Below are positions 1 to 8,492 of a DNA stretch of 64,000 nt, piece after piece. Location: the IMG/VR virus record IMGVR_UViG_3300046681_000151, positions 1 to 64,000 of that record; one strand, written 5' to 3'. A model generated the notes under the pieces. The model searched no databases. It saw only the letters and a list, made by a program, of their open reading frames with translations, and was not told the origin of the DNA. The position numbers and the translations under genes were made by a program. This stretch comes from a virus. Taxonomy: Duplodnaviria > Caudoviricetes. The first letter of the stretch is position 1. Every line of letters begins with the position of its first letter.

Positions 1-66
1 TGCCGCCCCCCAGCGCGGCGAGCCGGGTACGGGACGGGGGACGACCTGCGCCCGGCGATCAGGGGG

Positions 67-219
67 CTACCAGTACTTCTCGTCGGCGGGGTCGATCTTC
101 GGCAGCTTCCGGGCCGTCTTGCGCAGGGCGTCCGCTTCGCGCTTGGCGCGGGCGACTGCGGCGGGGTCGGGCGACTGCAGGGGCTTCGGGGGCGCGTCGG
201 CGCGCTTCCGGCCGGACAT
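67..219 (-). CDS. small hypothetical protein (MSGRKRAD...EKYW)
   Basis: ATG overlaps the stop of the upstream gene (TGATG); translationally coupled chain. Confidence 0.55.
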   Translation of the reverse strand: MSGRKRADAPPKPLQSPDPAAVARAKREADALRKTARKLPKIDPADEKYW

Positions 220-452
220 CAGGCGGCCTTCAGGTGCAGGTGCTGGCAGTCCATCCGCCAGTCCTGATGCACCGGGCACGTCTGCCGCTCCGAATCCGGC
301 ACCGCATACGTGGTCTCCCGGTAGAGGGCGCGGGTGAAGTCGTCGCCGAACAACTCGGTGAACGCATCCGCGACCGTGGTGCGCTCACGGCGGAGTGCGG
401 CCAGCTGGGTCGTGACGGCCAGATCGGCGTCGGAAAGAACGAACGGAGACAT
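219..452 (-). CDS. hypothetical protein with C-terminal CPVH..W..DC motif
   Basis: ATG 452 after GAGAGGG RBS; MSPFVLSDADL... Confidence 0.65.
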   Translation of the reverse strand: MSPFVLSDADLAVTTQLAALRRERTTVADAFTELFGDDFTRALYRETTYAVPDSERQTCPVHQDWRMDCQHLHLKAA

Positions 453-554
453 GAGGGGCCCTCTCGGGTCGAAGGAGCAGTGGGGGTGGGGCGGGGTGGG
501 GCACCGCGGGCGGGGACGGGGGGGTTGTCGACCCACCCGCGGCGGTCTGGGGCG

Positions 555-731
555 CTACTCCGGCGGCAGGTACTTGCCGCCGTCGATGTGCGCATAGGCG
601 GCGAGGGCGCCACCCGTATACGGGGCGCGGACGATGTCCATCAAGTCGTCGGGCCACCAGCCGAGGAACACCTCGTCGACGCTGGCCGCCAACTCCTCCT
701 CCGACGTGGGCTCCGGCATCGGGAAGGTCAC
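555..731 (-). CDS. 58-aa hypothetical protein (MTFPMPEPTSEEELAASVDEVFLGWWP...)
   Basis: Hand-translated; below the ORF-track cutoff; GTGA overlap with 728..964. Confidence 0.55.
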   Translation of the reverse strand: MTFPMPEPTSEEELAASVDEVFLGWWPDDLMDIVRAPYTGGALAAYAHIDGGKYLPPE

Positions 732-964
732 CGCGGGTCACCGCCGTCGACGATCACGAGGAACGCGTCCGAGTCGAGGTCCATGACCACCCGGGCCGGA
801 ACACCCTCGCGGCGACGCTCCGCGGCGAAGGACTCCGCCGGCCACTGGCCACGCGGGGCGCCAGCAGGGAAACGCTCCAGGACCGTGCGCTGCGGAGTTG
901 CGACGGGGCGGGTGCGAACCGGGCCCTGGGCCGCGATGTGCGCGGCAACGTCGGCGGGGCTCAT
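728..964 (-). CDS. hypothetical protein
   Basis: ATGA-coupled ORF with good codon usage. Confidence 0.65.
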   Translation of the reverse strand: MSPADVAAHIAAQGPVRTRPVATPQRTVLERFPAGAPRGQWPAESFAAERRREGVPARVVMDLDSDAFLVIVDGGDPR

Positions 965-1176
965 GCCACCACCCCGATCAGGTCGAGGCGGCCGGCGCTG
1001 ACCAGCGTCGCCTTGGCGGCGGCCAGCATGTCCTGCGCGTGGGCCAGGTAGTCGGACTCGCCCGGCGTCAGGTCGCGGGAATCCGTGACCGCCGACAACT
1101 CGGCGGTACGGGCCGACGCGACCTTGTACACGTTCGCGGCGAGGGTGAGGGCCGGGGTGGCGGTTGCGGTACTCAT
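961..1176 (-). CDS. hypothetical protein
   Basis: ATGA-coupled ORF. Confidence 0.65.
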   Translation of the reverse strand: MSTATATPALTLAANVYKVASARTAELSAVTDSRDLTPGESDYLAHAQDMLAAAKATLVSAGRLDLIGVVA

Positions 1177-1748
1177 GCCGTCACCGCCTGAAGCGACAGG
1201 ATCTGCTCGGCGACCAGGGTCATACTGCGGCCGTGCGCCCGGCTGTCGGTCCGGTAGAACTTGAGATGCCCGGTCAGGGAGTACGGGGTGGTGATCTCGG
1301 ACAGGCCCGCCAGGCGGCCGATCAGGTTCGTCGTCTGCACGTCATCCATACCGGCGAGCACCGTGAGGGCGCGGCCGATGATCCGGCGCCGGGACCGCTT
1401 CTCCCCCACCGACAGTTCGGGCAGCACGGCCAGCACCGGGGAGTCGCCCAGGTTGACGGTCTGCTCCGTCACGCTGTCGTGGTCGCGGATCGTGATCTGG
1501 TCGCCGTCGCGGGCAACCACAGTCCAGGCGATGCCGGCCACCTGCAGGGAGAGGATGCCCTCGCCGGACACGGAACCGTTCGAGTGCGTCCAGTACGCGG
1601 CACCCATTCCGGGCTTCACGAACGTGTCACCGACAACCAGCTCGGATGCCGGGGTCAGCCACAGGTCATTCCATACGAACCCGTGGTCGGACGGGGTGTT
1701 GAGCACGCCGGTTCCGGCACTGGCGTCTCGCCAAGTACGATCTATCAT
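1173..1748 (-). CDS. hypothetical protein (first gene of the leftward operon)
   Basis: ATG 1748 preceded by AGGAGG. Confidence 0.65.
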   Translation of the reverse strand: MIDRTWRDASAGTGVLNTPSDHGFVWNDLWLTPASELVVGDTFVKPGMGAAYWTHSNGSVSGEGILSLQVAGIAWTVVARDGDQITIRDHDSVTEQTVNLGDSPVLAVLPELSVGEKRSRRRIIGRALTVLAGMDDVQTTNLIGRLAGLSEITTPYSLTGHLKFYRTDSRAHGRSMTLVAEQILSLQAVTA

Positions 1749-1768
1749 GTCTGGTCCTCCTGATAGCG

Positions 1769-1891
1769 CAGGTGGTTCCGGATGTCCTGACAGGTGTGCA
1801 ACCACCTGATCGGGCCGGCCCTTCTCGGTGTGCAACCACCGGGAAGGGCTGTCATGCAGCCCCGGTCTGGTGTGCAACCACCAGTCGGGGC
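1769..1891 (-). repeat. three tandem hairpins sharing GGTG-GTTGCA-CACC apex (structured 5' leader)
   Basis: GGTGTGCAACCACC at 1793, 1827 and 1869, each extended by a different complementary stem. Confidence 0.8.
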
Positions 1892-1904
1892 CTCGTTCGT
1901 TTTC

Positions 1905-1964
1905 GACAGTAGAGGACTTCTTGCGTCTTGACAAGTGACCGGCATCGAAGGGAAGAATGTACCC
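1905..1964. promoter_or_regulatory. overlapping divergent promoters
   Basis: Minus strand TTGTCA-N17-TACTGT; plus strand TTGACA...AAGAAT-N6-ATG(1965), leaderless. Confidence 0.55.
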
Positions 1965-2267
1965 ATGAACACCGATGACGAGAGAGGAGGGATGCCCGAC
2001 CTTGTCACCTTCACGGAGATCGCCAAGCGGCTCACCGAGCGCGGCATCATCGAAGGGTCGATCACCCGACAGGGCGTCCGCCACATCGCAGACACCGACC
2101 CGGACTGGCCCGTCCCGCCCGAGCACTGGATCAAAGCGGGGCGCGCCTTCCTGATGCACTGGGATCCCGTGGAGAAGTTCTTCCGTGAACGCGAAATGCC
2201 TCGCAGAAGAGGGCCCGGCAAGAAGGCCGAGTCGGCCGGCGCTGAATCCGAAAAGCCCGAGCAGTAA
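1965..2267 (+). CDS. small HTH-like DNA-binding protein
   Basis: LVTFTEIAKRL...SITRQGVRHIA helix-turn-helix pattern. Confidence 0.65.
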   Translation: MNTDDERGGMPDLVTFTEIAKRLTERGIIEGSITRQGVRHIADTDPDWPVPPEHWIKAGRAFLMHWDPVEKFFREREMPRRRGPGKKAESAGAESEKPEQ

Positions 2268-2399
2268 TTCCTCATGTATCCAGAGCACACCCGCACCGGA
2301 TACCGCCTCTAGGGATTGCCTGTCGCCAACGCGGCGTCGAGCCAAGTGGCGACAGGCGGGCCCCTATTCCGACCCATCGATAGTCGGGAGACTCAAGGC

Positions 2400-3605
2400 A
2401 TGACCTTCGCCGCCGCCCTCCGAGAGCACCGATACGCCCGAGGCATGTCCCTCGCCGATCTCGCTGAACAAGTCCACTACCACCGCGGGTTCATCCACCG
2501 CGTGGAGACCGGCGAGCGGGCCCCGAACCGGCAGCTCGCCGAAGCGGCCGACATCGCGCTCGGGGCCGGCGGCAAGCTGGTCCAGGCGTTCGAGCAGGAC
2601 GAGAGCGTGCGCCACGAAGAGGCCGCCACCCGCAAGGCGCTCGCCTCATCGCTCGCCACCACCCGCTCCCTGTGCGAGCTGGCGGACCTGGAGCTGGACG
2701 AGATCGGCAGCGGCGTGGAGGAAGCGGCGGTCGACTACCTCGGATGGCCGCCGGCCCCAATGCTCCAACGCGCGGACGTCCTGCGCACCGACGTGTTGCA
2801 GCGGCTGCGCGACTACCGGCACGGCCCCCACGAGCGCGCGGACCTGTACGTCGCGGCCGGCCGCCTGTCCGGTGTCCTGGCCTACGCCGCGCTCGACCTC
2901 GGTGACGCGAACGCAGCCTTAGAGCATGCTCGCGCGGCGGCCCGCTGCGCCCGGTACGCCGGAGACATGGAACTCCTGGTGTGGGTGCGCGGCACACAGT
3001 CGCTGATCGCCCGCTTCAACGGCGACTACGGCGTGGCCCTCGACTACGTCCGCGACGGCATGCAGCACGTCGCCGAAGGTGCCGGCACCGGCGAGGCCCG
3101 GCTGCTGTGCGGCGAAGCCCAATGCCTGGCCAACCTCGGCGACTCCCGAGCCGCGAATCAGATCCTCAACGCGGCCGAGCAGGCGCGCGAGCGCGTCCAC
3201 CAACCCGACTCGATCGCCGGCCTGTTCGAGTTCAGCGAGACGAAGCAGCGGTACTACGCAGGCTCGTCGCTGATCTGGCTCGACGGCGGCGACGACGCCC
3301 GCCGAGCAGCGACCGAAGCTCAGGCTGCGATCGACTCGTGGGAGCAGATGCCCGCCGAGCAGCGCTCACTCGATGACGAACGCCTGGCCCACATCTACAA
3401 GGCGACCGCCCTCGTGCAGCTCGACGACGTCGAGGGCGCCACGGACGCGATGGCGCCAATCCTCACGCTTCCGCGCGAGGCCCAAATCTCCTGGATCTCG
3501 AAGCGCGCCGGCCGCATCGGCTCGATGCTCAGCGCGCCAAGGTTCCAGGGCTCCCCCGCCGCTATCGACCTGAGGGAGGCGATCGCCGCACTGAAGACGG
3601 CGTGA
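2400..3605 (+). CDS. XRE-family HTH regulator with C-terminal TPR-like helical domain
   Basis: LREHRYARGMSLADLAEQV...HRVETGER XRE motif followed by Ala-rich helical repeats. Confidence 0.85.
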   Translation: MTFAAALREHRYARGMSLADLAEQVHYHRGFIHRVETGERAPNRQLAEAADIALGAGGKLVQAFEQDESVRHEEAATRKALASSLATTRSLCELADLELDEIGSGVEEAAVDYLGWPPAPMLQRADVLRTDVLQRLRDYRHGPHERADLYVAAGRLSGVLAYAALDLGDANAALEHARAAARCARYAGDMELLVWVRGTQSLIARFNGDYGVALDYVRDGMQHVAEGAGTGEARLLCGEAQCLANLGDSRAANQILNAAEQARERVHQPDSIAGLFEFSETKQRYYAGSSLIWLDGGDDARRAATEAQAAIDSWEQMPAEQRSLDDERLAHIYKATALVQLDDVEGATDAMAPILTLPREAQISWISKRAGRIGSMLSAPRFQGSPAAIDLREAIAALKTA

Positions 3606-3701
3606 CACGCAGACGGCCGAGGTGGTGGAACACCCCGGCCGCCAATACCAGCGGCCTCAACCGCTGATCAAACCCACTCCCAGCAGAGAGAAAGGTCTTC
3701 C

Positions 3702-4109
3702 ATGACTGTAGTCGATAGCCGACCCGCAGAGGCTGCGGCGTCGGTCACCACCCGCCTCGTACCGGCCCTCGTGGACGGCAACGAGATCCACATCCCTTGC
3801 CCTTCGTGGTGCTCGCTGGATCACACCGCCGAAGACCCGCGACACATCGTCGACCTGTACCACTTCGGCAACTTCGCAGACCTGGAGATGCCGCGCATCG
3901 GTACATCGCCGGTGCTGCTCGCGTTCGCCCGGCTGGGCCTGGACCCGTTCTCGTCCAACCCCCGGCACCGCGAGCCGTATTTGTACGTCGAGGATGGCGG
4001 CGGCGGGGCGGACGGCTACCAGCGGCGCAGCGAGGCGCAGCAGTTCGGCCACAACCTGATGGCGTTCGCGCAGCGCGTTCTGGAGTTGAGCGAGCAGCTT
4101 CCCGAGTAG
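3702..4109 (+). CDS. DUF6907-like protein
   Basis: CPSWC..DH...H motif; GAAAGG RBS. Confidence 0.65.
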   Translation: MTVVDSRPAEAAASVTTRLVPALVDGNEIHIPCPSWCSLDHTAEDPRHIVDLYHFGNFADLEMPRIGTSPVLLAFARLGLDPFSSNPRHREPYLYVEDGGGGADGYQRRSEAQQFGHNLMAFAQRVLELSEQLPE

Positions 4110-4184
4110 CGACGAAACGTCAACGGCCGGGCGGGACTTTCCCCGCCCGGCCGCCTGAACGCAAAAGACCTGGAGCATAGGTAC

Positions 4185-4868
4185 ATGTTGATTCACCGCC
4201 GGGAAGACCCGGCCCTCGCCGCAGTCGCACAGCAGGAACTCCTGTCCGATGGGCGCCTTAGCCTCACGACCGTCGGCATCCTCATGAAGATCCTGAATCA
4301 TGCCCCTGAGTGGGCCGTCAATGCCCAGACGTTCTACAAGATGTGCTTGGACGATCGCGGTCCGGGCGCCGAATCGAGGCGCGGCATCAGCAGGGCATTC
4401 CGGGATCTCGAAGAGTTCGGCTACATGCGTCGCACGCGAGGCCGCAAATCCAGCGGCGGCTTCCATACGACGCTGGAGGTGACGGACGTTCCACACGACT
4501 TCACCGTGGCAGTGCAGGGGCGTGAGCATGGCGTCATGCCGGGCGCCGGAGAGGGCATCGTGTACGTCGTCGGGCCAGCCACAGGCTCTGTGGTGAAGAT
4601 CGGCACAACAATCCACCTGACGAAGCGGGTGAACGGAATTCAGACAGGCCATCCTCTTCTGATTCTGGCCCGTTGGACGTGCCCCGGAAATGTCGAGCTG
4701 GAGACGTACCTGCACCGCAAGTACGAGCCCATCCGTATGCAGGGCGAGTGGTTCGACTTCGGAGACGACGACCCGGTGGCCGAGGTCGCGGCGTCCGCAG
4801 AGCAGTTCTATGAACTGCCGCCCGGAACCTTGCTCGGCCCTGGGTGCGAGGAACGGGCGGTCGGTTAG
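4185..4868 (+). CDS. HTH + GIY-YIG/T5orf172 (MUG113-like) nuclease-domain protein
   Basis: N-terminal DGRLSL...LEEFGY winged helix; VYVVG..VKIGTT...R...LE..LH...GEWF. Confidence 0.8.
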   Translation: MLIHRREDPALAAVAQQELLSDGRLSLTTVGILMKILNHAPEWAVNAQTFYKMCLDDRGPGAESRRGISRAFRDLEEFGYMRRTRGRKSSGGFHTTLEVTDVPHDFTVAVQGREHGVMPGAGEGIVYVVGPATGSVVKIGTTIHLTKRVNGIQTGHPLLILARWTCPGNVELETYLHRKYEPIRMQGEWFDFGDDDPVAEVAASAEQFYELPPGTLLGPGCEERAVG

Positions 4869-4978
4869 CTCCATCGCTAAAACACTCCCGCTTCCGCGTC
4901 AGCAAAACACGCGGGGCCGCAGGCCCGGCCTTAGTCCGTGCGTGCGCGCGCGAGGCGACTTGAGAGGATCAACGACGC

Positions 4979-5281
4979 ATGCGCAACATCCCGTACACCC
5001 ATTGGTCGTACTTCCCGGACGAGGCCACCGCGCGCCGCTGCGCCCATGATCTGCCCGACTTCGTGACCCGCGTCCGCGAGCCGCTGCCGGGCAGCACGGA
5101 CTGGCTGCTGCTGGCGGGCCGGGATGTCGGCATCGACCACCTCATAGCGCGCCACCGGGAGGTCGCCGCGATCGTCGAGCGCCACGGCGGCAAGTACGAC
5201 GGCGGGGAGGCGGCCTATTTGGGTACGGGCCGGCCGGTCGCGGACCCGATGCTGTTCGAGGACGGCGGATCTCCCACCTGA
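4979..5281 (+). CDS. RraB-like (RNase E inhibitor fold) protein
   Basis: HWSYFPDEATA...HGGKYDGGE resembles the RraB domain. Confidence 0.55.
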   Translation: MRNIPYTHWSYFPDEATARRCAHDLPDFVTRVREPLPGSTDWLLLAGRDVGIDHLIARHREVAAIVERHGGKYDGGEAAYLGTGRPVADPMLFEDGGSPT

Positions 5282-5404
5282 CGCCCCATGCGCCCCGGCC
5301 GTAAAGCACGGGCGGGGTGGCGCCGTTTGCGCCCTTGCGGCAGCTGCGCACTCCCCCGACCGTGGCCTACATGCGGGGTGGCGCGATCATGACAGGGGGC
5401 ATGC

Positions 5405-5647
5405 GTGAGGCGTAGGTGGGACAACGCGGCGGGCCGACTACTGCTGCGACTGGCGGTCATGCTGGAGCACACGCTGGCCGGTGAAGCGGCAGCCGAGCGG
5501 CTGAAAGCCCGACGGAACGCAGCCCTGCGCGGGGCGCACCAGCGCGGGGTGACTGTCGAGGAGCTGGCCGCACGACTCGGCCTGTCGGAAGGCTGGGTCC
5601 GGCAAGTGCTCGCCGGGAAGAAGCCGGCAGTGGAGGAAGCCGCGTAG
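5405..5647 (+). CDS. small HTH DNA-binding protein
   Basis: GVTVEELAARLGLSEGWVRQVL. Confidence 0.65.
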   Translation: MRRRWDNAAGRLLLRLAVMLEHTLAGEAAAERLKARRNAALRGAHQRGVTVEELAARLGLSEGWVRQVLAGKKPAVEEAA

Positions 5648-5656
5648 CCGAACATG

Positions 5657-5697
5657 ACGAAGGGCCCTGCTGCGCCGTCCGCAGCAGGGCCCTTCGT
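5657..5697. terminator. bidirectional intrinsic terminator
   Basis: 18-bp perfect stem ACGAAGGGCCCTGCTGCG / CGCAGCAGGGCCCTTCGT between convergent genes. Confidence 0.8.
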
Positions 5698-5700
5698 TGT

Positions 5701-5943
5701 TCAGTGCCGGTATTCGATGGCGTAGATGCGCACGGTGCGGGCTTGCTCGTTGACGGCGAGCCGGACTGCGATCAGTGGCCGTTCGAGGATGCGGTTGATG
5801 CCGTCGTCGACGCCCCAGGGTTCCGTCTCGATGTACGGCTCGTGGCAGACGTCGGAGAGTGCGGCGGTGAGCTGCCGACTGGCGTCGTCGGGGAGGCTGT
5901 CCCAGATGGCCAGGAGGGGTTCATCGCAGAGAAGCCGGTACAC
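5701..5943 (-). CDS. putative RelE/ParE-fold toxin
   Basis: 80 aa; beta-helix-helix (WDSLPDDASRQL...) followed by C-terminal beta strands; lies downstream of a small acidic gene. Confidence 0.5.
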   Translation of the reverse strand: MYRLLCDEPLLAIWDSLPDDASRQLTAALSDVCHEPYIETEPWGVDDGINRILERPLIAVRLAVNEQARTVRIYAIEYRH

Positions 5944-5961
5944 GGCTTCTACCCAAGCAGG

Positions 5962-6246
5962 TCAGGCGGCGCCTTGGGCCCGGTTTCGGGCAGCGTCCGC
6001 GAGAACGCGGTCGGTGACGTCGATCCACTCGCCGGGGGGCTCTTCGCCGCGGGCCTCGTGTTCGGCGATCTCCTTGCCGCGGGCGACGGCGGCGAGGGTG
6101 CGTTCGGCGATGCCCTGCCACTTGGCGAAGACGCCGAGGAGGTCGTAGGCCGGCGCCCGGTTGATCTCCCCCAGGAACCGTTGGGCGAGCGTCGGGTTGC
6201 CGAGCGCGTCGCAGATCCGCTCGATGGTCCACGGCTGGTCGCTCAT
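5962..6246 (-). CDS. putative antitoxin (DUF6247-like)
   Basis: WTIERICDAL...RFLGEI; GGGAGG RBS; upstream TCGTGTACA x2 operator. Confidence 0.55.
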   Translation of the reverse strand: MSDQPWTIERICDALGNPTLAQRFLGEINRAPAYDLLGVFAKWQGIAERTLAAVARGKEIAEHEARGEEPPGEWIDVTDRVLADAARNRAQGAA

Positions 6247-6337
6247 CGTCGCCTCCCGGGTCTGTACACGACTTGTACACGAGGCTAGCGGAACGCTGGC
6301 CACGAATGGCCAAGAGTGGCCAAGGCTGCGTGCACGC

Positions 6338-6368
6338 AAAAGAGCCCCGCACCTGATGGTGCGGGGCT
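6338..6368 (-). terminator. intrinsic terminator ending the early operon
   Basis: AGCCCCGCACC-TGAT-GGTGCGGGGCT with a U-tract on the minus strand. Confidence 0.75.
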
Positions 6369-6389
6369 TCGCCGTCTCTCGGTCCCGCC

Positions 6390-6668
6390 TCAGTCCTCTT
6401 CCGCCGCGTGCGCCAGTTCGTTGGCGAGCCGTCGCAGCGCCCGGTCCGCGTTGGCGGGCACCTCGCGCATGTCTTCGTCGCCGCCGGCGGTGGCCACGTC
6501 GAGGAGGGCGCGGATCGGTGCCCGGAGTTCGAGGACAGCGTCATGAAGCTCCAGGAGGATCTCCTGCGCGCTATCGGCGTCCGCGGGCAGGTCGGTGACG
6601 TCGAGCCTGGCGGCGGCAGCACGGATCTGGGCAGCGAGTTCCTTGCTGAGGCGGACGTTGCGGCTCAT
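6390..6668 (-). CDS. hypothetical protein
   Basis: AGGAG RBS; helical protein. Confidence 0.65.
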   Translation of the reverse strand: MSRNVRLSKELAAQIRAAAARLDVTDLPADADSAQEILLELHDAVLELRAPIRALLDVATAGGDEDMREVPANADRALRRLANELAHAAEED

Positions 6669-6683
6669 CGGGGCTCCTGTCGG

Positions 6684-6824
6684 TCAGAGGGTGTGCTGGA
6701 GGATCCAGAGCAGGACGGTGAGCGTCCAGTCGAGGAGCGTCAGCCCCCCGAGGGCGATGCAGATGAGGGCGGCGCCGCGCGGGACGCGGATCTCTTCGGC
6801 CAGCCAGTGCGGGCGGTCACTCAC
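6684..6824 (-). CDS. 46-aa single-pass membrane protein (MSDRPHWLAEEIRVPRGAALICIALGGLTLLDWTLTVLLWILQHTL)
   Basis: Hand-translated; GTGA overlap with the upstream stop; AGGAG RBS. Confidence 0.55.
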   Translation of the reverse strand: MSDRPHWLAEEIRVPRGAALICIALGGLTLLDWTLTVLLWILQHTL

Positions 6825-7417
6825 TGCTGCTCCTTCTGCTGGTCGACGGGCTCAACGATCGCGTGCCGCAGTTCGACGAGTCGCCGATCCCACCACCGGT
6901 TGACGGATGTGCCGAGGGGCGGCGGCCCGTCCTTGCACCACTGTTCGTACAGGTCGATGACGCGGGCCAGGTCGGCGTTGTCCGTCGCATCTCCGCTGGT
7001 CGGCGGATTGTCCGGAGTTGTTCGCGCGGATTGTTCGCCGTTGTTCGCGACCCCGGCCGAGGTGACGAGGTGCACCGGCGGCGAGGCCAGGTCGATGCCC
7101 AACTGCCCGTCGGCCGCCAGCTGCCGCCCGCACTGCGCCCCCTTGAGCCACGTCCGGACGTCGGCCACGGTGATGGCCCGTCCTGTCCGTTCGGCGATCA
7201 CGCAGCATTCTTCGACGAAGTCGAGGGCGTCCTGCGCCCGGTAGAGCTGGAGGCTGAGGTCGTCGGCGAGATCGCGGGCCTCCTCGGCGGTGAGGTCGGG
7301 GATCTCAATGTTCGCGTCGAAGCCGCCGGTTATGGATGGCTGGTCCGGTGTGGTCGCGGCGGGAATGACGTGCGGCTTGAGGCGTCCATCGGCGGTCCAC
7401 GGGTCGGGTTTGGGCAT
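6821..7417 (-). CDS. hypothetical phage protein
   Basis: GGAGGG RBS; mosaic domains. Confidence 0.65.
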   Translation of the reverse strand: MPKPDPWTADGRLKPHVIPAATTPDQPSITGGFDANIEIPDLTAEEARDLADDLSLQLYRAQDALDFVEECCVIAERTGRAITVADVRTWLKGAQCGRQLAADGQLGIDLASPPVHLVTSAGVANNGEQSARTTPDNPPTSGDATDNADLARVIDLYEQWCKDGPPPLGTSVNRWWDRRLVELRHAIVEPVDQQKEQQ

Positions 7418-7420
7418 CGG

Positions 7421-7852
7421 TCAGCCCTCCTTGCGCTCGTCGAGGGCGGCGAGGATTTCGGACGGCCAGAGCGTGTCGGCGTCGCACGGTTCTCCGTTCG
7501 TGCCCTCGGTTTGCTGCTCGGCAGCCAGCTGGCGCACGCGAGCGATGGCGGCCTCGGCTCGATGCCGCGCCTCGCCGACCTCCTTCAGCTCGCGCTCGCG
7601 CCGCTGGACGACGGCCTGCCAGTCGACGGGCGCGGCCTGCTCCTGCTTGCTCACCTTGTGGCCGAAGGCGCTCGGGAGGGGCTCCAGCGCCTTCGGGTAC
7701 AGCGGGTGATCCTTGGGGAGGATGCCGACGTTGGCGCCCCACCTGGGGTCGAGAAGTGCGGACATCGCGTCGTTGAGCTTCGCGGTGCGGCTGAACAACT
7801 CCTTGAGCTGCTCGTCGGTGGTCTGCGGGCGGATCTGCTGGATGTCGGTCAT
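7421..7852 (-). CDS. hypothetical phage protein
   Basis: ATGA-coupled ORF. Confidence 0.65.
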   Translation of the reverse strand: MTDIQQIRPQTTDEQLKELFSRTAKLNDAMSALLDPRWGANVGILPKDHPLYPKALEPLPSAFGHKVSKQEQAAPVDWQAVVQRRERELKEVGEARHRAEAAIARVRQLAAEQQTEGTNGEPCDADTLWPSEILAALDERKEG

Positions 7853-8127
7853 CGTGCGTACTCCTCGTCGGGTGCGGCGGATGCGATGGCGTCGGCGTAG
7901 GGCCGGTCAAGGTCTTGTACGTCCGGGGTGAGCTGCTCGAAGGGAACGATCCACGGGTGGCCGGGCCGGGTCCGCGACCGCCAGACGGCCCACGCGTCGT
8001 GAACATCCCGGAGTGTCACCTCCCCGCCTTTGATCAGGGCGAGGAGCAGGTACAGGTCGAGGAGGGCCGGGTCCTGGCCGGGGCATCGGGCTTCGAGGGC
8101 GGCACGGGTCGCGTCGATGTAGGTCAC
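7849..8127 (-). CDS. RyR-repeat-like domain protein
   Basis: VHDAWAVW...HPWIVPFEQLTPDVQDLD matches the RyR repeat consensus H..W...HP.lvP(y/f)e.L. Confidence 0.55.
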   Translation of the reverse strand: MTYIDATRAALEARCPGQDPALLDLYLLLALIKGGEVTLRDVHDAWAVWRSRTRPGHPWIVPFEQLTPDVQDLDRPYADAIASAAPDEEYAR

Positions 8128-8492
8128 GGGGTCTCCTGAGGTGCGGCGAGGGCGGCTTCGATCACGGCATACAGCTCTGCGGTGCTGAACGGCCGCTGCC
8201 GGTGGAGGGCTGCCGCGTCCTGCACCCGGCCGACGGCCGCCTCGGCGCGCTCCGCCCGAGCCCACGGTCCGTCGGGCCCGTACTCGCGGTCGGCGATCCG
8301 CGGCGTGCAGACGGCGACAGCATCGTCCGACCAGTGAATGAACGTCCACCCGGGCTGGGGGCGGGCATCACCGTCGAGGGTGTGGATGACGAGCCGGGGG
8401 CCGTCCCAGTGGTGATGCCGGGTCAGCCAGGCGGGGAGGTTGCGGGTGCCGTCCCACCGGTGGGTGTCGACGGGGACGGGCGGCAGGGTCAC
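8124..8492 (-). CDS. hypothetical phage protein
   Basis: GTGA-coupled; IHTLDG...PGW small phage domain. Confidence 0.55.
   Translation of the reverse strand: MTLPPVPVDTHRWDGTRNLPAWLTRHHHWDGPRLVIHTLDGDARPQPGWTFIHWSDDAVAVCTPRIADREYGPDGPWARAERAEAAVGRVQDAAALHRQRPFSTAELYAVIEAALAAPQETP

Noticed and set aside
1793-1882. Mini-CRISPR interpretation of the three 14-bp repeats
   Set aside because: The repeats are too short, the spacers are unequal (20 and 28 bp) and form the hairpin stems, and no cas genes are present.
2400-3605. Arbitrium/AimR-type communication system
   Set aside because: HTH-TPR proteins are ubiquitous in Streptomyces, and no adjacent signal-peptide propeptide gene is visible.
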